From assembly GCA_964528085.1 (NCBI GenBank), contig CAZGRE010000003.1, positions 1 to 57,733 on the forward strand: a stretch of 57,733 nucleotides of DNA. Direction: 5' to 3'. Below, in pieces: positions 48,542-56,670 of this stretch (position 1 is its first letter; each line of letters starts with the position of its first letter). Position numbers and translations under genes: made by a program. The stretch is from an uncultured Thermotogae bacterium. GTDB taxonomy: Bacteria > Bipolaricaulota > Bipolaricaulia > UBA7950 > UBA9294. Under the pieces are notes generated by a model. That model worked only from the letters and a program-made list of their open reading frames with translations, had not been told where the DNA came from and did not search any database.

Positions 48542-49114
48542 ATGAAGGTGATCGGGCTTGCGGGAAGGCCGGGGAGCGGGAAGAGCGCCGTCGCACGAAG
48601 GCTGGCGGACCGCCCCGGCGTTAAGTGGATCGATCTCGACCGCCTCGCCTGGGAGGTCTATGCCCCGGGGACGGTCGCGTTCGAACGGCTGGTCGCGGCA
48701 TTCGGGGACGGGATCGTCGGCCCAGATGGTGCGATCGACCGCGCGCGGCTTGCGAAGGTGGTATTCTCCGACCCCGCCGCGCGCGAGCTCCTCGAGCGGA
48801 TCGTCCATCCGGAGATCGGAAAGCGGCTCTCTTCCCTGATAGAGGAGCACGAGAGACGCGGGACGGACCTCCTGATCGTCGAGGGAGCCCTCCTCACCTC
48901 ATCGCCGTACGTCGACCGTTCGGTGTACGATATCCTCATCTGGCTCGAGGCCCCGGAGGGTGTGAGGAGGAGGCGGCTGGAAGCGGCCGGACGGGAGGAT
49001 CAAATCTCCCGTGGAGAATGGATCGCTCCCTCCGACAATGCGATTGTGATCGACGCCAGCGGCCCGGTCGATCAGGTGGCGGCCCGGGTGTGGGAGAGGG
49101 TAGTCGATCCTTGA
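48542..49114 (+). CDS. coaE: Dephospho-CoA kinase
   Basis: IGLAGRPGSGKS, IDRARLAKVVF, LERIVHP, VEGALL. Confidence 0.9.
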   Translation: MKVIGLAGRPGSGKSAVARRLADRPGVKWIDLDRLAWEVYAPGTVAFERLVAAFGDGIVGPDGAIDRARLAKVVFSDPAARELLERIVHPEIGKRLSSLIEEHERRGTDLLIVEGALLTSSPYVDRSVYDILIWLEAPEGVRRRRLEAAGREDQISRGEWIAPSDNAIVIDASGPVDQVAARVWERVVDP

Positions 49115-49159
49115 TCATTCCCCTGTCCCTGCGGCGGTTTAGCACGATCCGCCCTCCAC

Positions 49160-49188
49160 TTGAAACGAGAAAGGATAAATGTTAGAGT
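49160..49188 (+). promoter_or_regulatory. Promoter of the cold-shock gene, giving a 5' leader of about 105 nt
   Basis: TTGAAA (49160-65), 17 bp, TAGAGT (49183-88) with extended -10 TG. Confidence 0.55.
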
Positions 49189-49301
49189 TCGGCGGTTGTT
49201 GGGCATCGTGCAGTCGGTTTCGATAGGGAGTACGCGTTGTCTGGTTTTCCGCTCGAACGATCTGCCTCGATGAATCATCCAGCAGTAAAGGAGGGGTATT
49301 C

Positions 49302-49511
49302 GTGGCAGATCGTGAGGTTGGAACCGTAAAGTGGTTCAACGAGACCAAAGGCTACGGATTCATCGCGCGCGACAACGGGGACGACGTCTTCGTGCACTTC
49401 TCTGCGATCCGCGCCGAGGGGTACAAGACCCTCGAAGAGGGGCAGCGCGTTGAGTTCACCGTTGCTCAGGGCGATAAGGGCCCCCAGGCGCAGGATGTTG
49501 TAGTCATCTAA
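49302..49511 (+). CDS. csp: Cold-shock protein (CspA family)
   Basis: [31 protein letters not shown] start with SD AAGGAGG. Confidence 0.97.
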   Translation: MADREVGTVKWFNETKGYGFIARDNGDDVFVHFSAIRAEGYKTLEEGQRVEFTVAQGDKGPQAQDVVVI

Positions 49512-49523
49512 CGATTCGGACTC

Positions 49524-49552
49524 AAGCGGGCGGTCTCTCCGCCCGCCCGCTT
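49524..49552 (+). terminator. Stem-loop / probable terminator after csp
   Basis: AAGCGGGCGG / CCGCCCGCTT stem followed by GTGT (weak U-tract). Confidence 0.55.
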
Positions 49553-49622
49553 GTGTCCGGTTTGCTCCGCACCGTTCCCTTACCCTACCCTGGATGATCT
49601 AGCTTCCACGGAGGTGTTTCCC

Positions 49623-50039
49623 GTGCGGGAACCCCTGGTAGTAGCGGTAGGCCTGTTGACCCTTGTCTCGTTCATCGCCGGTGCGACGGCGATAGGGGAT
49701 AACGTCATCGGTACGTGGGTGAACGTCGATCCCGACACGGGCGGGTTGGTGCAGCTCGTCTTCCTCCCCGACGGTCTCGGCGGAATCCAGGTATTCGGGT
49801 ACGGTGCATGCACTCCCGATCCCTGCGAGTGGGGGGCGGCGCCGCTCATCCCCCTCGTCTATCCGGCGAGTTACGACCCAGCAGAATGGGGGATGGCGAT
49901 CTGGGACTTCGGCGGCGGGATGATGACCGTTGCGATCATCCGCCTCGAAGGGGAGTACATGGTCGTCGAGGATTATTCCATTCTCGGACCCGGCTCTGGG
50001 GGGATGAAGGGTATATCCCTCCTCAGGTACGTCCCGTAA
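49623..50039 (+). CDS. Small exported hypothetical protein
   Basis: GTG 49623 with SD GGAGGTG, hydrophobic signal peptide, GTWVNVD and CTPDPCEWG motifs. Confidence 0.6.
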   Translation: MREPLVVAVGLLTLVSFIAGATAIGDNVIGTWVNVDPDTGGLVQLVFLPDGLGGIQVFGYGACTPDPCEWGAAPLIPLVYPASYDPAEWGMAIWDFGGGMMTVAIIRLEGEYMVVEDYSILGPGSGGMKGISLLRYVP

Positions 50040-50044
50040 GCTTC

Positions 50045-50117
50045 TGCGCCCGGGAGGATTCGAACCTCCGGCCGACGGCTTAGAAGGCCGTTGCTCTGTC
50101 CACTGAGCTACGGGCGC
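50045..50117 (-). tRNA. tRNA-Arg(UCU), CCA not encoded
   Basis: GCGCCCGTAGCTCAGTGGACAGAGCAACGGCCT-TCT-AAGCCGTCGGCCGGAGGTTCGAATCCTCCCGGGCGCA cloverleaf. Confidence 0.95.
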
Positions 50118-50126
50118 CGGCGCAAC

Positions 50127-50200
50127 TGGAGCGGAAGACGGGAATCGAACCCGCATCACTGGCTTGGAAGGCCAGTGCTCTGCCATTGAGCTACTCCCGC
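50127..50200 (-). tRNA. tRNA-Gly(UCC), CCA encoded
   Basis: GCGGGAGTAGCTCAATGGCAGAGCACTGGCCT-TCC-AAGCCAGTGATGCGGGTTCGATTCCCGTCTTCCGCTCCA. Confidence 0.95.
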
Positions 50201-50203
50201 GAT

Positions 50204-50278
50204 TCGGAGAGGCCGGATTCGAACCGGCGACCTCAGCGTCCCGAACGCTGCGCGCTGACCAAGCTGCGCCACTCTCCG
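50204..50278 (-). tRNA. tRNA-Pro(CGG), CCA not encoded
   Basis: CGGAGAGTGGCGCAGCTTGGTCAGCGCGCAGCGTT-CGG-GACGCTGAGGTCGCCGGTTCGAATCCGGCCTCTCCGA. Confidence 0.95.
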
Positions 50279-50288
50279 TCTCCCCGGC

Positions 50289-51782
50289 TTATAGCCTGAC
50301 GAATCCCAACTGCCCGTTCCGGATGATCGTGAGCGTCGGATGATCGTCCTCGCTCAGTCCGGAGACGATCCGGTTCCAGTCTTCGACCGACGTCACCCCT
50401 TGATGGTCGATCTCGAGGATGACATCACCCGCGCGAAGACCGGCCTGATCCGCCCGGCTGTCGGCGGCAATCTCCATTATGACCACGCCATCGGTCGAAT
50501 TCAATCCCAGATGCTCGGCGATGATCGATGTTATCGGGCCGACGGTGATCCCGAACTTGGCCGTCGCCTCGGTCTTCCCCTGGTAGTTCGCCAGCTCCTC
50601 CTCGCTCGGCCGCTCCCCGAGGGTGACGTTCAAGACGACCGATGAGCCGTCACGGATCACCTCGATATCGACCGTCGTTCCGGCCCCGAGGAGGGTGATC
50701 TCGCGGACGAGGTCATCGGCGGATGTGATCCGAGTATCTCCGATCCGCACGACGACGTCCCCCTCCTTCATCCCGCCCAGGTCGGCCGGATCACCCGGAT
50801 AGACATGGGCGATCAGGGCCCCTTCCTGGGATGGATCGACGCCGAACTGTTGCGCCGTCTCCGGGGTGATGTCGGTCACCTGCACCCCGAGCCAGCCGCG
50901 CGTCACCTTCCCGGAGCGGACGAGCTGATCGAGTACGTCCTTCACCCCGTTTATCGCGATTGCGAAGTTGATCCCCTCGACCGGGATCCCGGTCGATGTT
51001 TCGCGGGCGATCATCGTGTTGATCCCGATCACCTCTCCCTGCGCATTGACGAGCGGTCCACCCGAGTTCCCCGGATTGATCGCGGCGTCGGTCTGGATCA
51101 GGTTGTTGTAGGCTCCGATCCCGCTCGGCTTGGCGATGTCGCGGTTCGTCGCGCTGATTATCCCGAGCGTCACGGTGTAGGAGAGGCCGAGCGGGTTTCC
51201 GATGGCGATCGCCCAGTCACCGATCTCGACCGTGTCCGAGTCGCCGAGGACGGCGGTAGCGATCCCGCTCGTATCCCCATCGATCCGGAGGACGGCGACG
51301 TCGAGGAGCTCGTCCGAGCCGACGACGGTCGCGTTGTAGCTGTTTCCGCTTACGTCGGTTATCCTGATCTCATCGGCATTCTCGATCACGTGGGCGTTCG
51401 TCAGTACGAGCTTCTCCCCCCCGTATTCTAAGACGACCCCGGAGCCGACCCCCTCCCATTTCCGCTGTTGCGGCCCGTTGTCGAACGGGCTTCCGAAGAA
51501 GTGACGGAACAGCGGGTCGTTGAACATATCCGAGAACGGGTTCTCCACCGTCATCGTCCCTGAGACATCGACCCTGACGACCGCCGGCCCGACCTTGGCG
51601 ATCGCCGTCTTGATCGCCGCCTGTCCTGAGTCGGCTATCCCCTGATTCAGGTCCGTCTCCTGCGCTAACGCGACCGGCGCGGTAATGGCCGGTCCGCTTC
51701 CAGGTATTCCGATCCAACCGATCGTTACGCCGGCTGCGATCAAGACAGCGGCAACGATCCCGATCGTTAACGATTTGCGCAT
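50289..51782 (-). CDS. degP: HtrA/DegP (Do family) serine protease with two PDZ domains
   Basis: LTNAHV, DVAVL, QTDAAINPGNSGGPL, RGWLGV, two PDZ repeats. Confidence 0.93.
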   Translation of the reverse strand: MRKSLTIGIVAAVLIAAGVTIGWIGIPGSGPAITAPVALAQETDLNQGIADSGQAAIKTAIAKVGPAVVRVDVSGTMTVENPFSDMFNDPLFRHFFGSPFDNGPQQRKWEGVGSGVVLEYGGEKLVLTNAHVIENADEIRITDVSGNSYNATVVGSDELLDVAVLRIDGDTSGIATAVLGDSDTVEIGDWAIAIGNPLGLSYTVTLGIISATNRDIAKPSGIGAYNNLIQTDAAINPGNSGGPLVNAQGEVIGINTMIARETSTGIPVEGINFAIAINGVKDVLDQLVRSGKVTRGWLGVQVTDITPETAQQFGVDPSQEGALIAHVYPGDPADLGGMKEGDVVVRIGDTRITSADDLVREITLLGAGTTVDIEVIRDGSSVVLNVTLGERPSEEELANYQGKTEATAKFGITVGPITSIIAEHLGLNSTDGVVIMEIAADSRADQAGLRAGDVILEIDHQGVTSVEDWNRIVSGLSEDDHPTLTIIRNGQLGFVRL

Positions 51783-51858
51783 GATCTACCTCCTCTGGTA
51801 TAGATGTTTGAAGTCCGGTTATTCAGGACTAATCTTCTCCTTAGGGTGTGAAGGGATT

Positions 51859-52899
51859 ATGAAGAACTCCGGTCATGCGGATGAAAAATCTCATCCGACG
51901 AGGGTGAAGGCGATCGCCGCCGTCTCCGGCGGCCTCGACAGCACCCTCGCCGCTGCGCTGATCAGCCGGCTCGGTATCGACGTTACCCTCCTCTACGTCA
52001 AGCACCTGTTCAGCGGAGGGGAGAGGAAGGAAGCGGCTTTAAAGGAGTTCGCCAACCGGCTCGGCCTCCCTCTCAGGATCGTCGATGCCACGATCGAGCA
52101 CCTCGATGTGATCCGCTACCCGAAGCACGGCTACGGGAGGGGGATGAACCCGTGCCTCGACTGCCGGATCTTCCTCCTCAGGATAGCAAAACGGGTGATG
52201 GAGGAGGAGGGTGCGCAGTTTGTGATAACCGGCGAGGTTCTGAATCAGCGCCCGATGTCCCAGCATCGAAGCGCACTCGACGTCGTCGCCGAGGAGAGCG
52301 GGCTCTCCGATCGGCTCCTCCGCCCGCTCTGCGCCAACCTCCTCCCCGAGACGCTCCCGGTGAGGATGGGCTGGATATCACGGGATGACCTCTACTCGTT
52401 CTCCGGAAGGAGTCGGAGGGAGCAGGTCGCCCTCGCCGAGCGCCTCGGGATCACCGGGTATCAGCAGCCGGCAGGCGGGTGCCTCCTGACCGAGAGGGTC
52501 TATGCCGCCCGCCTCCGCGATGCGTTCGAGCATTCCGACAAAAAAGGGATGGGGATCGATCAGTTCCGCCTCCTCCGGTTCGGCCGCCACTTCCGCTTAA
52601 GCGAGCGCACAAAGGCGATCGTCGGGCGAAACGAGGGGGAAAACGAGGTCTTGTCGGGCTTTTCGCAGGGGAGGATCCTCATCGAGCCGATCGACCTGAT
52701 GGGGCCGACGACCCTGGTTGAGGGGGAACCGACCGAGGAGGAGATCCTCCTGGCAGCGGCGCTTACGGCCCGCTACGCCGACTCCGAGCCGGGTCGACCG
52801 GCCCGGTTCCGGGTGAGCGCGGACGGCTTGGAGCGGGAGGTGAGCGTGATCCCGCTCGAGCGGGACGATTCGCGGATCCCCTCCTGGCGGATCGGCTAG
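51859..52899 (+). CDS. ThiI-like PP-loop tRNA thiouridylase with a C-terminal DUF814/NFACT-R-like domain
   Basis: SGGLDS, PKHGYG..NPCLDCR, TGEVLNQRPMSQ, PAGGCLLT, GRHFRL..VGRNE.EN. Start uncertain. Confidence 0.78.
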   Translation: MKNSGHADEKSHPTRVKAIAAVSGGLDSTLAAALISRLGIDVTLLYVKHLFSGGERKEAALKEFANRLGLPLRIVDATIEHLDVIRYPKHGYGRGMNPCLDCRIFLLRIAKRVMEEEGAQFVITGEVLNQRPMSQHRSALDVVAEESGLSDRLLRPLCANLLPETLPVRMGWISRDDLYSFSGRSRREQVALAERLGITGYQQPAGGCLLTERVYAARLRDAFEHSDKKGMGIDQFRLLRFGRHFRLSERTKAIVGRNEGENEVLSGFSQGRILIEPIDLMGPTTLVEGEPTEEEILLAAALTARYADSEPGRPARFRVSADGLEREVSVIPLERDDSRIPSWRIG

Positions 52900-53453
52900 G
52901 AGATGAGGGCGAGCGCCTCCTCGCGCGATGCCTGGTCCTTGTAGAAGCTCCCCCTGATCGCCGATGTGACCATCTTCGAGCCCGGCTTCTTCACGCCGCG
53001 GAGGGTCATGCACAGGTGTGTCGCCTCGATCCTGACGAGGACCCCGAGCGGGTCGAGCCTCGTTACGATCGCGTCCGCTATCTGCTGGGTCAGCCTCTCC
53101 TGGAGCTGCGGGCGGGAGGCGGCGATATCGACGGCGCGGGCAAGCTTGCTTGCACCGACGATCCTCCCTCCGCGCGGGATGTAGACGATATCCGCCTTCC
53201 CGATGAACGGGAGGAAGTGGTGCTCGCAGATCGAGAAGAACGGGATCTCCTTCATCACGATCATCTCCTCGTAGTCCTCCTCGTAGATGACCCGGAGGGC
53301 CTCCCCTGGATCGCGGTCGATCCCGGCGAAGAACTCCTCGTACATCGAGGCGACCCGCCGCGGGGTCTCTGAAACGACATCGGGATTGAGGTGATCCACC
53401 CCGATCCCCTCGAGGATCTCCCTCATCCCCTTCTCGATCCGCCCTTTGTCCAT
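52896..53453 (-). CDS. folE: GTP cyclohydrolase I
   Basis: ETPRRVA, SICEHHFLPF, SKLAR, QLQERLT, HLCMTLRG. Start at ATG 53453. Confidence 0.96.
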   Translation of the reverse strand: MDKGRIEKGMREILEGIGVDHLNPDVVSETPRRVASMYEEFFAGIDRDPGEALRVIYEEDYEEMIVMKEIPFFSICEHHFLPFIGKADIVYIPRGGRIVGASKLARAVDIAASRPQLQERLTQQIADAIVTRLDPLGVLVRIEATHLCMTLRGVKKPGSKMVTSAIRGSFYKDQASREEALALIS

Positions 53454-53473
53454 CGCTCCCCTCCTTCGCGGGA

Positions 53474-53562
53474 AGGATAGGGGAGAAGATCGAGGTGGGC
53501 AACCGCGATTCAAGGGGAGAGGTATCCTCGCGCTTGAGGAACTCCTTATCCTTTCCTAAACT
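53474..53562. promoter_or_regulatory. Back-to-back divergent promoters for folE and aor
   Basis: Minus strand: TTGCCC (53502-53497), 17 bp, TATCCT (53479-74). Plus strand: TTGAGG (53534-39), 17 bp, TAAACT (53557-62). Confidence 0.55.
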
Positions 53563-53599
53563 CAGGGACACGGTCCTAGGTGCCTTTTAGGAGGGGTGA

Positions 53600-55753
53600 A
53601 TGTCAGAGAAGGGTTATCCGGTCATCGCCCAGATGGAGTATCAACCGGCGAAGGTCGATCGCGGCTACACGGGAAAGACGCTTTACGTCAACATCGCCGA
53701 TCGGACGATCGAGCCCCGGCCGGTGACCGATGATATGAAGGAGAAGTTCGTCGGCGGCCGCGGGTTCGGGCTCTGGCGGCTCTGGAACGCGGTGAACGAC
53801 GACACGAAGTGGGACGATCCGGAGAACGAGATCGTGATCGGGGCCGGGCCGATCGGCGGGATCACGACCTACCCCGGATCGGGGAAATCGATCGTGGTCA
53901 GCATCTCCCCGACGACCGGGGCGGTTATCGACTCGAACGTCGGCGGCTACTTCGGCCCGTATCTGAAGTTCTCCGGGTGGGACTCGCTCGAGATTCAGGG
54001 AAAAGCGGATCGCGACGTGATCGTCTTCATCGACGGGGACGAGGGGGTGGTGAAGATCCTCGAGTCGAACGAGGACGACCTGAACACCCACGTCCTCTCC
54101 GAGCGGCTCCTGCGAGCGTTCGCCGATTCCGATTCCCCTAACGACCTCCTTGCGATCTCCACCGTATCCGCCGGCCGCGGTGCGGAGAACACGCGGATCG
54201 GTTGCCTCAACTTCAGCTTCTTCGACATGAAGCGGAGGAAGGTGAGGGTCAAGCAGGCGGGCCGCGGCGGGATCGGATCCGTCTTCCGCGACAAGCGCAT
54301 CGCCGCCCTCGTGGTGAAGAAGCACGGGATCAGCGGCGACGTAAACCATCCGGCCGATCCCGAGCGGGTGAGGAGGGCGGGGGAGCGGATCAACAAGGAG
54401 ATCCTCGAGCTCGACTCGTCTCAGAACGATATGCGAAGCGTCGGGACGTCGCACCTCGTCGAGATCATGAACGAATACGACCTCCTCCCGGTCGAGAACT
54501 ACAAGTTCGGGGCCCATCCGCAGGCGGACAGAATCTCATCCTCCGTCTGGCGGAAGCGGTTCGGCCAGGGGATGCCGGACGGCTGCTGGCTCGGCTGCAC
54601 GATGTCCTGCTCACACGCCGTCGACGACTTCGTGCTTCGGACCGGTCCATACAAGGGGACGAAGGTATTGGTCGACGGGCCGGAGTACGAGACGGCCGCC
54701 GGGGCGGCGAACATGGGGATCTTCGATCCCGACTTCGTCCTCGAGATGAACTTCTACTGCGACACCTACGGGATCGACACGATCTCGTTCACCACCGGGA
54801 CGGCGTTCGTCATGGAGTGCTATGAGGCCGGGATCCTCGATGAGGAGAAGACAGGAGGGCTCGAGCTCAACTTCGGGAACTCCGCCGCCGCCCTCGAGCT
54901 CCTCCATCAGATGGCCCGCGGCGAGGGGTTCGGTCGGATCGCCGGTCAGGGTATCCGGAGGATGAAGGAGTATTTTGTCAACGAGTTCGGGGCCGACCCT
55001 AGCTTCTTAAACGACATCGGGATGGAGTGTAAGGGGATGGAGTACTCCGAGTACGTCACCAAGGAGTCGCTCGCCATGCAGGGCGGATACGGCCTCGCCC
55101 TCAAGGGGGCGCAGCACGACGAGGCGTGGCTGATATTCATGGACATGGTGAACAACCAGATCCCGACCTTCGAGGAGAAGGCGGAGGCCCTCCATTATTT
55201 CCCGATGTGGCGGACGTGGTTCGGCCTTGTCGGGATGTGCAAACTCCCCTGGAACGACATTGAGCCGGCCGACAACCAGAGAAAGTACTCCGGGATCGAT
55301 GCGGCGAAGGTCCCGGATCACGTCAAAAACTACTGCGACCTGTTCAGCGGGGTCACCGGGGTCGAGGTGACCCCGGAGGATCTGATCACGCAATCCGAGC
55401 GGGTCTACAACTTCCAGCGCGTCTTCAACCTCCGCCTCGGCTACGGTACGCGCAGATACGATCAGATCCCGTACCGCTCCGCCGGCCCGGTGACCGAGGA
55501 GGAGTACGAGTCGCGCAGGGAGCGCTACGATGAACAGTTGAGGGAGAAGGTCGGGATCGACCCCGTCGGGATGTCGACGGCGGAGAAGCTCCGGGCGCTC
55601 CGCCGGTTCCGCGAGGAACAGTATCAGAAGCTGTGCGACGCCGCCTACAAGCGGCGCGGCTGGACGAATGACGGGGTCCCGACGGTCGCGACGCTTAAGC
55701 GCCTCGGGATCGACTATCCCGATGTGATCAAGATCGTCGAGCCGTATCAATGA
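53600..55753 (+). CDS. Tungsten-dependent aldehyde:ferredoxin oxidoreductase family (AOR/WOR) protein
   Basis: GYTGK, FVGGRG, SPTTG, SNVGG, AGRGGIG, CWLGCTMSC, GPEYET, CDTYGIDTIS, GMCK, YKRRGW..DGVPT. Confidence 0.92.
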   Translation: MSEKGYPVIAQMEYQPAKVDRGYTGKTLYVNIADRTIEPRPVTDDMKEKFVGGRGFGLWRLWNAVNDDTKWDDPENEIVIGAGPIGGITTYPGSGKSIVVSISPTTGAVIDSNVGGYFGPYLKFSGWDSLEIQGKADRDVIVFIDGDEGVVKILESNEDDLNTHVLSERLLRAFADSDSPNDLLAISTVSAGRGAENTRIGCLNFSFFDMKRRKVRVKQAGRGGIGSVFRDKRIAALVVKKHGISGDVNHPADPERVRRAGERINKEILELDSSQNDMRSVGTSHLVEIMNEYDLLPVENYKFGAHPQADRISSSVWRKRFGQGMPDGCWLGCTMSCSHAVDDFVLRTGPYKGTKVLVDGPEYETAAGAANMGIFDPDFVLEMNFYCDTYGIDTISFTTGTAFVMECYEAGILDEEKTGGLELNFGNSAAALELLHQMARGEGFGRIAGQGIRRMKEYFVNEFGADPSFLNDIGMECKGMEYSEYVTKESLAMQGGYGLALKGAQHDEAWLIFMDMVNNQIPTFEEKAEALHYFPMWRTWFGLVGMCKLPWNDIEPADNQRKYSGIDAAKVPDHVKNYCDLFSGVTGVEVTPEDLITQSERVYNFQRVFNLRLGYGTRRYDQIPYRSAGPVTEEEYESRRERYDEQLREKVGIDPVGMSTAEKLRALRRFREEQYQKLCDAAYKRRGWTNDGVPTVATLKRLGIDYPDVIKIVEPYQ

Positions 55754-56439
55754 AGCGGATCGGGATCCTCGGGGGTGTGAGCCCGGAGTCGACCGTCTCC
55801 TACTACCTGCGGATCACCCGCGAATACGTCCGCAGGTTCGGGGATTACGGATACCCCGAGATCCTGATCTGGAGCGTCTCGTTTCAGCGATTCTACGATC
55901 GACACGAGGAAGGGGAATGGGACGCCCTCGCCCAGGAGATGATCGATATCTTTTGCAGGCTCGCGGAAGCAGGGGCAGGGGTCGGCCTGATCGCGGCGAA
56001 CACTCTCCACCGCGTCTTCGCTGAGGTAAAGGAGGGTTCGCCGATCCCGCTCATCCACATCGTCGATCCGACCGCCGCTGCGATCGAAGGGATGGGTCTA
56101 TCCCGCGTCGGCCTCCTCGGGACGCGCTACACCATGGAGGGGGAGTTCTACCGGGAGCGGCTCGCCGAGCACGGGATCGAGGCGATCGTTCCCGATGAAG
56201 GAACGAGGGCCGAGATCCATCGGGTCATCTACGAGGAGCTGACACGGGGGATCGTCAAGGAGGAGTCACGTACCTACTGCCGCTCCGCAATTAAAGGGCT
56301 CATCTCCAACGGCGCTGCGGGGATAATCCTCGGCTGCACCGAGATCCCGCTTCTGATCAGGCAGGAAGACGTACCCGTCCCTGCCTTCGACACCGCCTCC
56401 TTGCACGCTGACGCCGCCCTTGAAGCGGCACTTGAATAG
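55750..56439 (+). CDS. Aspartate/glutamate racemase family protein (first catalytic Cys replaced by Ala)
   Basis: IGILGGVSPEST..YY, IAANTLH, LLGTRYTME, LGCTEIPLL. ATGA overlap with aor. Confidence 0.88.
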   Translation: MKRIGILGGVSPESTVSYYLRITREYVRRFGDYGYPEILIWSVSFQRFYDRHEEGEWDALAQEMIDIFCRLAEAGAGVGLIAANTLHRVFAEVKEGSPIPLIHIVDPTAAAIEGMGLSRVGLLGTRYTMEGEFYRERLAEHGIEAIVPDEGTRAEIHRVIYEELTRGIVKEESRTYCRSAIKGLISNGAAGIILGCTEIPLLIRQEDVPVPAFDTASLHADAALEAALE

Positions 56440-56670
56440 CCGGCTGCGCATACCCCCTGAGGTGAAGGGGTGGCGTTTCAGAGCCGAGTGGGCATGGGCC
56501 ATGGCCCCAAGAACCGTACTCCATTGAGGTCAGTTCCCATCAACGGCGATGTCTCCGTCTCTGTGCGAAATACACATAGCAGTCCCGGGCAGGCTCGCCA
56601 TACGTCCTGTTTGTTTGCCGTCTCTGATGGGTATAGTTATTCTGTAGCTTGGTGATCTAAGACGTCTGTT

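Noticed and set aside
50045-50278. tRNA cluster as an integration site for a prophage or island
   Set aside because: No integrase and no duplicated tRNA 3' end were seen in the window.
53471-53556. Apparent three-way-junction RNA (GGAAGGATAGGGGAG / CTCCTTATCCTTTCC closing two hairpins) between folE and aor, suggestive of a folate or Moco/W-cofactor riboswitch
   Set aside because: The region coincides with two well-spaced divergent promoters and would not be transcribed in either mRNA. It does not resemble the THF or Moco motifs as I recall them. An Rfam search would settle it.
56452-56472. CCCCT-gaggtga-AGGGG hairpin at the GC boundary as an IS200/IS605 end or att site
   Set aside because: No transposase, integrase or matching second end is in the window. 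It is more simply a weak terminator.
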